A stretch of 64,000 nucleotides of DNA from Haliotis rufescens (taxonomy: Eukaryota), in the NCBI RefSeq assembly GCF_023055435.1, contig NW_025964383.1:29574001-29638000 (forward strand), given 5' to 3'. Below the pieces are notes generated by a model. That model ran no database searches and was not told the DNA's origin. It saw nothing but the letters and a program-made list of their open reading frames with translations. Every line of letters begins with the position of its first letter. The first letter of the stretch is position 1. Both the position numbers and the translations under genes were made by a program. Shown in pieces: positions 37,590-50,685 of this stretch.

Positions 37590-38379
37590 CTCAAAATCAG
37601 AAATTAAAAGTGTAAACAAGCAAAAAATCACCAAAAAATGGCATAACCTATATCTAAACTCAAATAGCCAAATCAAAAAAGTGCTCAGCAAACCACTAAC
37701 CAAACCAAAAATTCTCCATCCATCCAAAAAAATCGACAGAGTAATCACTAAACTCCAAACAGGACACACCAACCTAAATAACCACCTAAAAAAATTTAAA
37801 AAACACACTACAGGTAACTGCCCGCACTGCAAACAACCAGAAACCCCAGAACACGCACTCATCCACTGCACACACTACCTAACACATCGAACCGCATTAC
37901 AAACCACCCTCAATCTAAACAAGGCTCTAACTCTAGAAGCAATACTAAACCCACAAAATAAACTAGAAAACTTCAAGGCCTTAGGCGTATTCTTAATCAA
38001 AACGGAACTAATAAAACGCATCTAAAAACACAATAACTCACCAAATCAAAATCACATAAACAAACAAACATCCACCATACCCAGCTCCCTTAGTTCTCCT
38101 CCCCAATCCCATCGGCATCTATTCCAAATCTCAAAATTCCCAAATTCTATATAAGCAACCCCTAAAACCCCCCTCTTGGGTTGCACAGACCACCTTCGCC
38201 CCTTTCGGAAACACATTAAATGGCCTGGCCGGGCCCGTGTGCGAAATACGCATCAGTCGGAAAGCGCACGTTAAATCTCCAAAGTAAGTAAGTAAGTAAG
38301 TAACATACAGCACCGTGTGCGAAATACGCATCAGTCGGAAAGCGCACGTTAAATCTCCAAAGTAAGTAAGTAAGTAAGT
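37590..38379 (+). mobile_element. 5'-truncated non-LTR retrotransposon (I/Nimb-like), ORF2 C-terminus and 3' UTR
   Basis: ITKLQTGHTNLNNHL...CPHCKQPETPEHALIHC (CCHC knuckle) ending at 38025; (TAAG)n tail; 8-bp TSD ACTAACAT at 37582-37589 and 38380-38387. Confidence 0.88.
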
Positions 38380-38396
38380 ACTAACATGACATCAAC

Positions 38397-38861
38397 ATGT
38401 CTGGGCTTCGCTATGTTCAGTTTGTTATGTCACAGAGAGGAAAGCCCCAAGTCCTATTTGATGGTTATCTATACACTAAGAACGTCGAGAGACTGACTTG
38501 CGTACACTGGTAGTGTGTCAAGTCCACATGTAGAGGAAGACTCACGACAGTAGGAACCGTGATAAGGAATGCTACAGAGGACACGTGGGTTGACGCAACG
38601 GACACCACACCAGATGTACCGAGAGCTGTCGCCTTCAACGACTACATCGTCACTACCTGGGTCGACCACGGAGCACGATTCCCCCTACCACTGTGGAACC
38701 ATCACGGTACAACAGGTCCCAGGACGAACAACAACCTGGAAGGCTTTCATAACCGACTCAACCGAGGTCTCCCTCACCGACATCCCAACATCTACCGATT
38801 TGTGGAGGTAGTCAGGAAGGTGGAACAGGCAGAACGAGCTAAGATTTTACAGCTCGACTAA
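38397..38861 (+). pseudogene. Internally deleted FLYWCH-MULE transposase
   Basis: MSGLRYVQFVMSQRGKPQVLFDGYLY...HW*CVKSTCRGRLTT (FLYWCH-like) fused in frame to ...WNHHGTTGPRTNNNLEGFHNRLN...HPNIYRF (MULE C-terminus). Confidence 0.85.
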
Positions 38862-39121
38862 TGGCCAGTGGGTAGGTGGGTTGTGGGCGAAGTTAATTGG
38901 TGGTGGTGGGTGGCGGTAGGTGATGGAAGAGGATGAAAGTGGTGTTGCGTGATGATGGGTTGCGATGGTGGTGGTGTTTGGGCGTGGTGGTGGGTGACGG
39001 TGGTGGTGGTGACATTTTATCATGACGCAATGTGAATGTGAACCGAAAGGACAAGTTGCAGCAACAGGGCGCCCATATTACTTTACGTTTCTCCTCTAAT
39101 GCTTAGCTCTAAAGGAGGAAA

Positions 39122-39247
39122 GGGACGGTGGGGAAGCCTAGTGGTTTAAGGGTTGGATTTCCCAAATGGGTATAACGTTTGAAGCCCATTTCGTTATATT
39201 GCTAGAAAATTGCTAAAAGCGGCGTAAACCTCACTGACTCACACACT
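39122..39247 (+). mobile_element. Degenerate SINE family B
   Basis: GCCTAGTGGTT...GAAGCCCATTTC...GCTAAAAGCGGCGTAAAC. Confidence 0.6.
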
Positions 39248-40049
39248 CTAAAGGGACGGTCAGTGTTGACAAAACACCCAACAGAATACAACTGACATAT
39301 TGCATGTTACATATAGAGATTATTGTCCAACTGTGTTTCCATATCGTAAATATCAAATTGTATTATGCATTTTGTGTTCATAATACATGTATATGATATT
39401 GACGATGCGGAAACACGCGAGGATAATAATCTCTTTATCGTATGACTCTTAAAGTACTCATTGTTTAAGACATGCAATGTGTTTTACATGCAGTAAACCA
39501 AGTTTAGATACAAGGAATACAATTTTGGAGTAAATTGCCCCATTTATCAAATAGTGACAAATGATTTGCAGCCATGTTTGTCTACATATTCACCCACACA
39601 TCGGCAAACCCAATTGCAACTTATTGGGAACATCTTTGATCAAGCAGACATCGCATCAATTGACATACACATGAACACACAATATCCTTCAGAAAGTCAA
39701 ATGTAGCAAATAGTGGCTTTGTGTGTGGGCGATTAGGTGCCTCATTCTGAGGGGGTCTGTTCGAATCCCGAATGGGACTCAACCTCCAAAGGCATAAGAA
39801 TGTGTTCTTTACTAGGAAAGGGTAATCCCAAATATAACATGTGTTATTTGCATACATATATAAAGATTTAAAGTAGTGTCTGATGGGTTAAACTCATTTG
39901 CATATTTATCGGATCGTGATACCAAGTGTATCGCATTGGTTCATCGTATCGATAACACTAGCTATTATATTATCTTATATGAAGATATGTGCAACATGGT
40001 TCCCAATACGTGCAAAATAGAGGGCCTTATGTTGTTTTGTTAAATTGTG

Positions 40050-40270
40050 TGTTTTGCAACGCGCCCTCCAGCTTGTTGACGACGGTCTGTAAATGAGCGA
40101 GTCTCGACCAGACAATCCAGATATTGCCATTCTGGGCGTCGATTTTCGTAACTGGTATACGATGACATGCATCAACCAAGTCAGCGAGCCTGACCACCCG
40201 ATGCCGTTAGTCGCCTCTCACGACAAGCATGGGTTGCTGAAGACGAATTCTAACCCTGACCTTCAGGGGT
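40050..40270 (-). mobile_element. SINE-like family E (single-module variant)
   Basis: Reverse complement CCCTGAAGGTCAGGGTTAGAATTCGTCTTCAGCAACCCATGCTTGTCGTGAGAGGCGACTAACGG. Confidence 0.8.
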
Positions 40271-41547
40271 TGCTTTATAATCAATAATCCGCCATCGTGG
40301 TAACATCAAGCAAACCCAATCTGTCGATCCTGACACGCCGAAGGGATGTAACTCTACATAACGATTTTATGCGACTTGGGCACGGGCTTCCTATTGATTC
40401 TTAAGATAAGCACAGGGTACTGGAGATTAAAGGAAAGAAATTAAGGTTAAGACATTTTGTTAAGTCTATTCTGATTGACGGTCAGACGCAATGTTTTCAG
40501 TTTCAGAGCTACGAGTTACAAAATCAACAAAATCTTGCCTTTAGTGTTAATGGGTTACAACGGTGTAATTTCTGAACCATTTTTGTTCAACATAAGAAGG
40601 CGCTTGAAAGCTCAATGAGATAATACCCAATTGTTGTGGCATCCCGTCGGATTATAGCGTTTCTACATCGCGTTGAGTACGTTGATTGCTTTGTGCTTTG
40701 ATGTTTTGAAACGATTCGAAAAAACACTTCAGACATATCACATTTCAGTTTTGTAATCCTGAGTGTAGTTTTCACGAATGGGTGGAATGTCTCAAAGGGT
40801 CAAATAATCACCCTTTCCGTGAAGAAAAACACAAATGCTCAATCTCGGCAATGAAATAAAATATTTCCTCACTCTATCATTGAGTTAGAGAATTTGCAGT
40901 AACAATTAACACTTCCAAATGATCATCTGTAAGAACAGGTAAAAACATCCCCTTGAGCCATGTCCCTTGTACTGTTACTTTAGTGTGGATGTAGAGTGGC
41001 CTCGGGGTTGAATCGTTCGGGTTAGATTCAACACATGGTAATAAGACTTGAAAAATGACAAACGCGGTGGACAATCTTACTCATGCAATAATACATGTAA
41101 GAACGTCTGGCCATGCGTATTGGATGGCTACAATGGCTGCTCAAGATGGACAATTCTTTAAAGAACCACCACGAAACTTCACATTCAGCTGCGACCTGAC
41201 TGATTGTTTGTCATTGTTCTTTGACCTCATGTATCGGTGTTCATACCATTGACCACCGGTTTACTTAGTCTGGGCTCGATGTCTTTTGGAAATCAGTCCG
41301 CCGTTACAGTGCCACAGAGTTACTGATAACAGCGTTTAAAAGTTCTTTCTTTCATATAGGAAATCTCAATATTTCAGGCACTCGTTAGCCTCTTTTTAAT
41401 TAATTGCAAGCAAGTTTGCCAACGGACAATTAAATGTGTACATTTCGAAATTTCTTACCCCTTTTAGTGTCGAAATAATGCATATTATAGTCTCCAAACT
41501 GCTCATCTGCAAATCTGCTTATTTTGCTCTAGTCATATGGAGATGCG

Positions 41548-41856
41548 GGCATTGCAATAGTTAAAGGCATATTTAAAACACTATTTTAACACTATTATTA
41601 TGACGACAGGAATAGCTAAAAACACTATTTCGACACTATTGTAGTGGTAAATGGGTTTTGTAAAACACTATTTCGACACTATTGCAATAGTTAAGGCATA
41701 TTTAAAACATTATTTCAACACTATTACAGTGGTAAAAGGGATATTTATACATTATTTCGACACTATTGCTATGGTTACAGTTATACTTAATACACTATTT
41801 CGACACTATTGCAATTGTAACAGGGATTCTTAATACACTATTTCGACACTATTGCC
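41548..41856 (+). repeat. Degenerate ~39-40-bp minisatellite
   Basis: ACACTATTTCGACACTATTG core repeated ~7-8 times. Confidence 0.8.
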
Positions 41857-43641
41857 ACAGCATTGTGATTGTATAACCACAAAGCATTTTCTCGGTTTTA
41901 TTCGCTGTAATATATAATACAAACAAGTCAGTCCTTTCCCAGATTCACATTTTGTCTGCTTGCATGTTTGTCTAGATTCCCCTCGATCGTGGCATCCGTC
42001 ATCGGCAAGGAAAATCAACGGTGGAAATCATCTTCAACAATCCACGACGTCATCATCAACGTTCCACAACGTCAGGGCAGGATGACACAAACAGCCGTCA
42101 CAGACCCCGACCACCTTATCCTCATTTAAGTCGGCGCATATGGCAAACATGAGGGAATTGGAAATCTATTCTGACCCGATTCCCCACATGTGCCAGGATT
42201 AACAGAAGGCTATTGAAGTTTTGAAGTTTGTTTGTTTGCTTGTTATTTAAAGCCGCACTCAGCAATATAGTCCTGCACCATGACTGTGGCATGTATTTTT
42301 TATGAATCCAGAACTAGATATATATACAAAGGCGTGTCTGGAAAAGTATTTGCTATAATGTTAAAGGAGAGAAGTGTATTATATAACATAAGATTTCGTA
42401 TACTATATGTTAGTCTATCTGCAATACCGAGTTTGGATCAGACAATCTAGTGACTGACATCATGAACATCGATCTGCGCAATTGAGATGTGCTGACATGC
42501 ATCAACCAAATCACCTGATCCCGTTAGTCACCTCTTACAAGCATGGGTTGCTGAAGGCCAATTGTAAATTGAAGTGCAAATGATAAAGTGTTTTAAGTTT
42601 GTTTGTTGTTTAACGCAACAGCTTTATGATGGCGGTTTGTAAATGGACACGACAACCCCCTGATCGATATTGTGAGGTGAGATCCATGCTGTCGACGTCC
42701 GATGACCTGGTCAACCAGGTCACCAATCCTGAACACTCCATCCATTTCGGACCAATTCTAACCCGGATTAAGTGTGGTAAGTATGACGATCATAACATCC
42801 ATATTCGTTATATCAGACTTCGTAGTAACCGGAGTGTTAAACTGCTACTTTTGAAAGCAATGACATCGTAGAATAATGGCTGTTGGCAAGGCACATCAAG
42901 CACACACAACATTTCATCACGAAACAAGAAAAATGGAATATGACATTTAACCGCATCTGTGATGTGTAAGCATCAATGAAACAGAGTAATATGTCCAACA
43001 CGGGAATTTGCACTGACACATCTACAGCAAAAGAAGACACGTGGGCCTTTGGGTCGTTTAACACATCAATCCAGTGATATTAATTGAAACCCCACTTTTC
43101 CAAAAAGGGGCATAAGAACGACATTTATTTAAAAGCAAGATATCATTATAAGAACCCCCTTGGTGTTATTTCCATGACGACTTTCAATACGTCAAGTCCA
43201 ATACTGGGAAAGCCGTTACCAGTGGGATTAGCGTGAAAATGGTTATTCCCGTAGGACTACGTAATCTGTGAGCTTCTTCACGCCACATTCCTGCGATCTC
43301 ACGTTCACAGGCGTTGCTTAAAGTCATTCGTGTTATTAAGATTGAGTAACCTGTTATCATGATTTTGGTGTTGAACTGTTCTCTGGAGAATCACAATTGT
43401 GTGTCAAATGTGTTTGCGTTATACAATACGGTATGTTTTCATTCATTGATTTACTTTTTATGCTTATAAAATATTTGATACAATTCCTGCGAAATTTACA
43501 TTTCAGTGTATCATCGTGATACAAAAGGTTTTTTTGTTTATCTCAATAACGCACCTCAATATACAAGGGGTAATTTGAAATGTCATTAAAACTACTTCTA
43601 TCTCGAAGGCATGTTGAGGCATTTTAATATCTTTAATGTGA

Positions 43642-43896
43642 TTGTTGTTGTTGTTGATTAACGCAATTTTCCAGCTATATGACGGCGGTCTGTAAATAAT
43701 CGAGTCTGGACCAGACAATCCAGTGATTGGCATCATGAGCATCGATCCACGCAATTGAGATCGATGACATGCATCAACCAAGTCAGCGAGCCTGACCACC
43801 CGATCCCGTTAGTCGCCTCTTACGACAAGCATAGTCGCCTTTTTATGGCAAGCATTGGTGGCTGGAGACAAATTCTACCCCGGATCTACACGGGTT
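43642..43896 (-). mobile_element. SINE-like family E, full length
   Basis: Perfect 12-bp TSD TCTTTAATGTGA at 43630-43641 and 43897-43908 defines both ends. Confidence 0.92.
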
Positions 43897-46069
43897 TCTT
43901 TAATGTGAAGATATATACTGTCCAAGGGGTAACTGGTTTCTGACACTTATTATATATGTAAGCAAGGTTATCTGATCTGTCAAAATGTTTGGGAAACAGA
44001 ATATATATGGTCAATCCAAGAGAATAGCCAATCTAGATTATCCGCCTTAACAGATTCCATTTGGCGTAAAGGAAAAAACAGCTGTGAAAATAATATGATG
44101 AAAGGACCATCGAAAATCAGTAATGACACCAGGTGTTAAAGATGTAAGAACATAAAATACTCAGGGGCTTCTCATATAACCCAAATCGTTTTTCCATTTT
44201 GGTTTTCAACACCATTCCTTGGCAGAATTGCCAAGTAGCCACGATTAAAATATGAATTACGTGGAACAATTTATGAGTTGATTGAATCTGTGCCGAAGTC
44301 CCATCACACGGAACGAGGTAATTTGGAAAACAAAAATATCCCCTTTCCAAAATTGTTATAAATTAATAAAAGAAAATCATAAACGTGCTATTTTTGGAGG
44401 TTCGGGATGACCCATTCATCGGGGTAGGCCACGGTTCGCACTACACATTTGTTATTTTGAGTATAAAAGCAGTAGAGGATGGAATCCCCATACGAAAAAT
44501 ACCAACCAAGACAACTGGCCAGTTGCCACACATTTAAAATGGTCCAATGTCAGTTGCCAAGCATTTAATTTTATGGGGAAATTTTAAAAATATTTTTTCA
44601 GTTGGTAACAAAAATTACTGACGCGCTGTATTGCTAGTCACGGGCTGTAAAAAGATAAACAGTTCCTTTTGAAGCTAAATACAGTCACCCACTTCTTTAC
44701 GTCTAAACAGATGATAATTCTGCTTGTGCTGAATGTGAGAATAAAACCCTTTTGAATACTTTAACGTTTTTGTCACATCCAACAATTCGTCCGGTCCCAA
44801 CTTGGAGAAACAGATGTTCGGTGACCAATGACATGATGATAAAAGAATACTCGACCTTTGTTCACCATGATTATTCCTGAAGACTTGTAAAATACGACAC
44901 AGCCCCTCCAAGCCCTATTGTCTTCAAGCAACAAGAAAATAATTATGCGAATTGTAACAGATTGCGCATGTCTTGGAGGCGACAAGCATCCTCTCTTGCC
45001 GGTGCCGGAATGGCACTGAGCGATCTGGAACTCTACCTTGTCCGCTTTATTGCAAATCATATTCAAAGACTGGGCATCTGAAAATACCAACCTAAAACGT
45101 CCAAGATTCGACGTCTTTTGTAACCGTAAAATGAAAGATTACGTCCCTTCTCCATTTACTGTAAACTCAGACGGTTGCGGAAACCCTGCATCTCTCAAGA
45201 GGGTCCCTCCTACAAATTGATCAAAGAATGGTGCCAATTAACACCCATCTACCTGACAGGTGATCAGCGTCCGATTGCCAGGCCAACTCTCACAATTCTA
45301 AAGAAATCCCACTTGTTCTAATTACTGATCATGTTACTGAGACTCAGATCTACTTTAATTTCCCATATCGACGACAATTAAGGATGGTGATGTGTGGAGG
45401 ATGGTGGTGTATATAGGAGCGGAGTAGATTTAAATGCCATCGTTGCTGCAATCGGTGCTGTGTGGCAAGAATGTATGCAGACTGAATATTGCACCATTTT
45501 GCAACAAGATAAACTACAGTGTATGGTAAACTTGTAAAAAATGACATGTTTAGCTGTTATCTATGGATCCGACGACCCCAAATTTGACATGTGCAATATT
45601 ATTAAATTTTGAGTGTTCGCTCAGTCGCGATGTTGCTTTAAGTTCCGATTTCGTTTCAAACGTTATCGTAAATAATAATAATAATTATAATGAATCTGAA
45701 AATTCGAACCGCAATCACGCACAATCAGGTTTTCCTACAAGACGTAATTCTAAAACATGAACCTCAGACTACTCGACCACCCTACCCTATTCTTACGATA
45801 AGCATAAAGTAGATATTTGTTATACAAATTTGCAAATTTGCCAAACCCACATTTACTTGTGGAACTCGAGAGCGCGGACCCAGTATGACAATTATTAGTG
45901 TCAAATTAGAACCAGTGTGGTGTCTCGGAGGCAGGATTAAGCAAATGAAAACAGGGTAGTTATTGTTACATGTATCAGTTAGCTGTCATGAAGCAGCAGC
46001 AACAGCGGTAGTAATGACAGCGGCAAGTAGCAGCTATCGGTATTTAGAGATGCAACATCATTCGTCACA

Positions 46070-48270
46070 GTCAAAGTGATGCCAGCAGCAGGTAGAATTT
46101 ATGAGTTACGTATCAACAGCACTATACACATTCACAGTGATACCAGAGGCAGGAAGAAATAATCAGTGAGTAGCAACAGCAGTAGACACACTCACAGTTA
46201 TACAAGGGGCAGGTAGAATTAATCAGTTAATTAGCAACAGCATTAGACACACTCGCAGTTATACAAGGGGCAGGTAGAATTGATCAGTTAATTAGCAACA
46301 GCAGTAGACACACTCACAGTTATACAAGGGGCAAGTAGAATTAATCAGTTGATTAGCAACAGCAGTAGACAAACTCCCAGTGACACCAGAGACAGGTAGA
46401 ATTAATCAGTTTATTAGCAGTAGCAGTAGGCACAATCACAGTGATACAAGAGTGAGTGAGTGAGTATGGTTTTACGCCACTTTTAGCAATATTCCAACAA
46501 TATCACGGCGGGGGGACACCAGAAATGGGCTTCACACATTGTACCCATGTCGGGAATCGAACCCGGGTCTTCAGCGTGACGAGCGAACGCTTTAACCACT
46601 AGGCTACCCGACCGCCCCCAGTGATACAAGAGACAGGTAGAATTATCACTTAATTACCAACAGCAGTAGACAAACTCCCAGTGACACCAGAGACAGGTAG
46701 AATTAATCAGTTTATTAGCAGTAGCAGTAGACACACTAACAGTGACACCAGAGACAGGTAGAATTAATCATTTTATTAGCAGTAGCAGTAGACACACTAA
46801 CAGTGAACCCAGAGGCAGGTAACATTGATGAGTTACGTAGCAACAGTAGTAGACACACTCACAGCAATACCAGGGGCAAGTAGAATTAATCAGTTGATTA
46901 GCAACAGCACTAAGCACACTCACAGTGATACCAGCAGCAGGTAGAATAAATCAGTTAATTTGCAACAGCAGTAGACACACTCACAGAGATACCCGCAGCA
47001 GGTAGAACTAATCAGTTGATTAACAACAGCAGTAGACACACTCACAGAGATACCTAAGGCAGGTTCAATTTATGAGTTACGTAACGACAGCAGTAGACAC
47101 ACCCACAGTGATACCAGAGACAGGAAGAAATAATCAGTTAATTAGCAACAGCAGTAGACACACTCACAGTGATACCTAAGGCAGGTTCAATTTATGAGTT
47201 ACGTAACGACAGCAGTAGACACACCCACAGTGATACCAGAGACAGGAAGAAATAATCAGTTAATTAGCAACAGCAGTAGACACACCCACAGTGATACCAG
47301 AGACAGGAAGAAATAATCAGTTAATTAGCGACAGCAGTAGACACACTCACAGTGATACCAGAGACAGGAAGAATTAATCAGTTAATTTGCAACAGCAGTA
47401 GACACACTCACAGAGATACCAGAGACAGGTAGAACTAATCAGTTAATTAGCAACAACAATAGACACACTCACTGTGATACCCGCAGCAGGTAGAATAAAT
47501 CAGTTGATTAACAACAGCAGTAGAAACACTCACAGAGATACCAGAGACAGGTAGAACTAATCAGTTAATTAGCAACAACAATAGACACACTCACTGTGAT
47601 ACCCGCAGCAGGTAGAATAAATCAGTTGATTAACAACAGCAGTAGAAACACTCACAGAGATACCAGAGACAGGTAGAACTAATCAGTTAATTAGCAACAA
47701 CAATAGACACACTCACTGTGATACCCGCAGCAGGTAGAATAAATCAGTTGATTAACAACAGCAGTAGAAACACTCACAGAGATACCAGAGACAGGTAGAA
47801 CTAATCAGTTAATTAGCAACAACAATAGACACACTCACTGTGATACCCGCAGCAGGTAGAATAAATCAGTTGATTAACAACAGCAGTAGAAACACTCACA
47901 GAGATACCAGAGACAGGTAGAACTAATCAGTTAATTAGCAACAACAATAGACACACTCACTGTGATACCCGCAGCAGGTAGAATAAATCAGTTGATTAAC
48001 AACAGCAGTAGAAACACTCACAGAGATACCAGAGACAGGTAGAACTAATCAGTTAATTAGCAACAACAATAGACACACTCACTGTGATACCCGCAGCAGG
48101 TAGAATAAATCAGTTGATTAACAACAGCAGTAGAAACACTCACAGAGATACCAGAGACAGGTAGAACTAATCAGTTAATTAGCAACAACAATAGACACAC
48201 TCACTGTGATACCAAAGGCAAGTAGAATTTATGAGTTTCGTAGCGACAGCGACACACTCACAGTGATAAC
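46070..48270 (+). repeat. 61-bp tandem satellite (~33 units) with a 122-bp higher-order block
   Basis: Consensus CACAGTGATACCAGAGACAGGTAGAATTAATCAGTTAATTAGCAACAGCAGTAGACACACT; alternating dimer at ~47408-48212. Confidence 0.95.
46453..46618 (-). mobile_element. SINE family B inserted in the satellite
   Basis: 14-bp TSD CAGTGATACAAGAG. Confidence 0.93.
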
Positions 48271-48807
48271 AGTTGTAGGAAGCAATTATCAGTTAAGAAG
48301 CAGTGTCATCATAGCTGCTATAGCAGCAGGAGGTAGCAATTAACAGTACTAGAAAAGAAGCTGTAAAACATATCTACGATATATAACAGTAGCCATAAGC
48401 TATAAAAAGGCAGCTGTACTATTGCAAACGCAAAAAAAGAAATCATGAAAAACTCTCTGTGGTTACCAGACATCTATCTGAACAGATTTGCTCAAGCAGT
48501 TTGTGGAGGCAGCAATCGCTGTCCACGGTTAACATGGCAGCAGGCAAACACGATACGAGGAATAAACAACAAAAGGCTAGTTTCCTACTCTTAACCAATA
48601 AAAATGCAATTTCGTTTTTTGTGGAACTGTAGAACGCCGACGTGGTGAGGATATCGTGACGCGTGTACATTTATCGCATTACTGCAGTTGGTGTAGCATG
48701 TGTTTGTTTCTGTGTCTCTGGTGGTAGCGCTTGTAGTGTAAGTGACTTGAGTGGATGTCCGTTACTGATGATTTTACTGTCTGTATAGATGTGTTGCCAC
48801 TACTACT

Positions 48808-50470
48808 ATGTTTACAATGGCATCTACTGGGACTACTCGGGCTACTACTATTGCCACATCTACTACTACCACCACTAGTACTACTACTACTGCTGCTACT
48901 ACTACTACAGCTGCTACTATTACTGCTACTATCACTACTGCATCTACATCTACTACAACTACAACTACTGCTACTATTACTGCTACTACTACTATTACTT
49001 TAGTATTACTACTACTGCTACTTCTACTACTATTAAAGCAACGACATCTTCCACTTCTACTAATGCATCTACTTCTACCACGTTTATTAATGCAACATCT
49101 ACCACTTCTTCTGATGCAACCACAGCGTATATAACTTCTATTAATACATGGACCACGTCTGGTAATGAAAGTACATCGACCACTTCTATTGGTGCAACCA
49201 CAGCTGTCGCTTCTACTAATGCAACTACTTCTATCACTTCTACAAATGCAACTACATCAACCACTTCTATAAATCCAACAGCTACCTTGTCTATAAATGC
49301 AACATCTACCGCTTCTTCTGATGCAACCACAGGTACGTAGCTTCTACTGCTAGGGCAATTACTGAAACTACGATTAATGCAACTACATCTACCACTTTTA
49401 TTATTGCAACTACATCTACCACTTCTATTAATGCATCAACACCTACCACGACTATAAATCCAACCTCTATGAAGTCTGTTATTGCAACACCTACGTGTAC
49501 CACTTCTATTAATGCAACTACATATACCACTTCTATTAATGCAACTACATGTACCACTTCTACTAATGCAACTACATCTACCAATTCTATTGATGCAACT
49601 ACATATACCACTTCTACTAATACAACTACATCTATCACTTCTATTAATGCATCAACACCTACCACGACTATAAATGCAACCTCTATGAAGTCTGTTAATG
49701 CAACACCTACGTGTACCACTTCTATTAATGCAACTACATGTACCACTTCTACTAATACAACTACATCTATCACTTCTACTAATACATCAACACTTACCAC
49801 GACTATAAATCCAACCTCTATGAAGTCTGTTATTCAACACCTACGTGTACCACTTCTATTAATGCAACTACATGTACCACTTCTACTAATGCAACTACAT
49901 CTACCAATTCTATTGATGCAACTACATATACCACTTCTACTAATACAACTACATCTATCACTTCTACTAATGCAACTACATCTACCACTTCTAATAATGC
50001 AACATTTACCACTTCTTCTACGGCAGCTGAATTTACCACTTCTTCTAATGCAACCACAGCTACCCCTTCTTCTACTGCAACCACAGCTGCTACTTCTACC
50101 ACTGCAACCACCAGCTGCTACTTCTACCACTGCAACCACCAGCTGCTACTTCTACCACTGCAACCACCAGCTGCTACTTCTACCACTGCAACCACAGCTG
50201 CTACTTCTACCACTGCACCCACAGCTGCTACTTCTACCACTGCACCCACAGCTGCTACTTTAATCACTGCACCCACAGCGGCTACTTCTATCACTGCACC
50301 CACAGCTGCTACTTCTACCACTGCAACCACAGCTGCTACTTCTACCACTGCAACCACCAGTTGCTACTTCTACCACTGCAACCACCAGCACTACCATATG
50401 TAGCATAATGGCACAAGCAACGACGCAGATAAGCATCGCATTCGATCCGGCTGTAACGAACAACAGAAAA
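48808..50470 (+). pseudogene. Mucin-like Thr/Ser/Ala repeat region, frameshifted
   Basis: 24-bp (TTSINATT-like) and 27-bp (AATSTTATT) units with recurrent N-x-T sequons; several frameshifts and stops. Confidence 0.55.
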
Positions 50471-50685
50471 CAAACTCATATTAGGACGGGCTATTGTTAA
50501 AAGCGGCGTAAAATATACGTCACTCACGCCGACAATGTAAAGGATTCTTTAAATATGATGCACATGTAGAGACAAGTAAATGCCCTTATTATGATAAAAC
50601 ACACAATACATGTATGTACACCAAGTATACAAATAAAGGTTGGCACTGTTCTATTTAAGAAATAATTACTATCAAGCATTCCTAG

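Larger units (their letters stand above)
37238..38861 (+). mobile_element. MULE (FLYWCH/Phantom-type) remnant with a nested LINE
   Basis: Left end GGTTATCTCCCAAAACCCCTACATCCCATTTCCCCTAC with subterminal CCCCTACA repeats; transposase remnant at 38397-38861; right TIR not seen. Confidence 0.6.

Noticed and set aside
46070-48270. CRISPR-like array (also considered for 41548-41856 and 58310-61825)
   Set aside because: Contiguous tandem units with no unique spacers, no cas genes, eukaryotic context
48755-50527. Poly-Leu and Val/Glu-rich ORFs in alternative frames and on the minus strand
   Set aside because: Shadow frames of the ACT/GCT-rich mucin-like repeat
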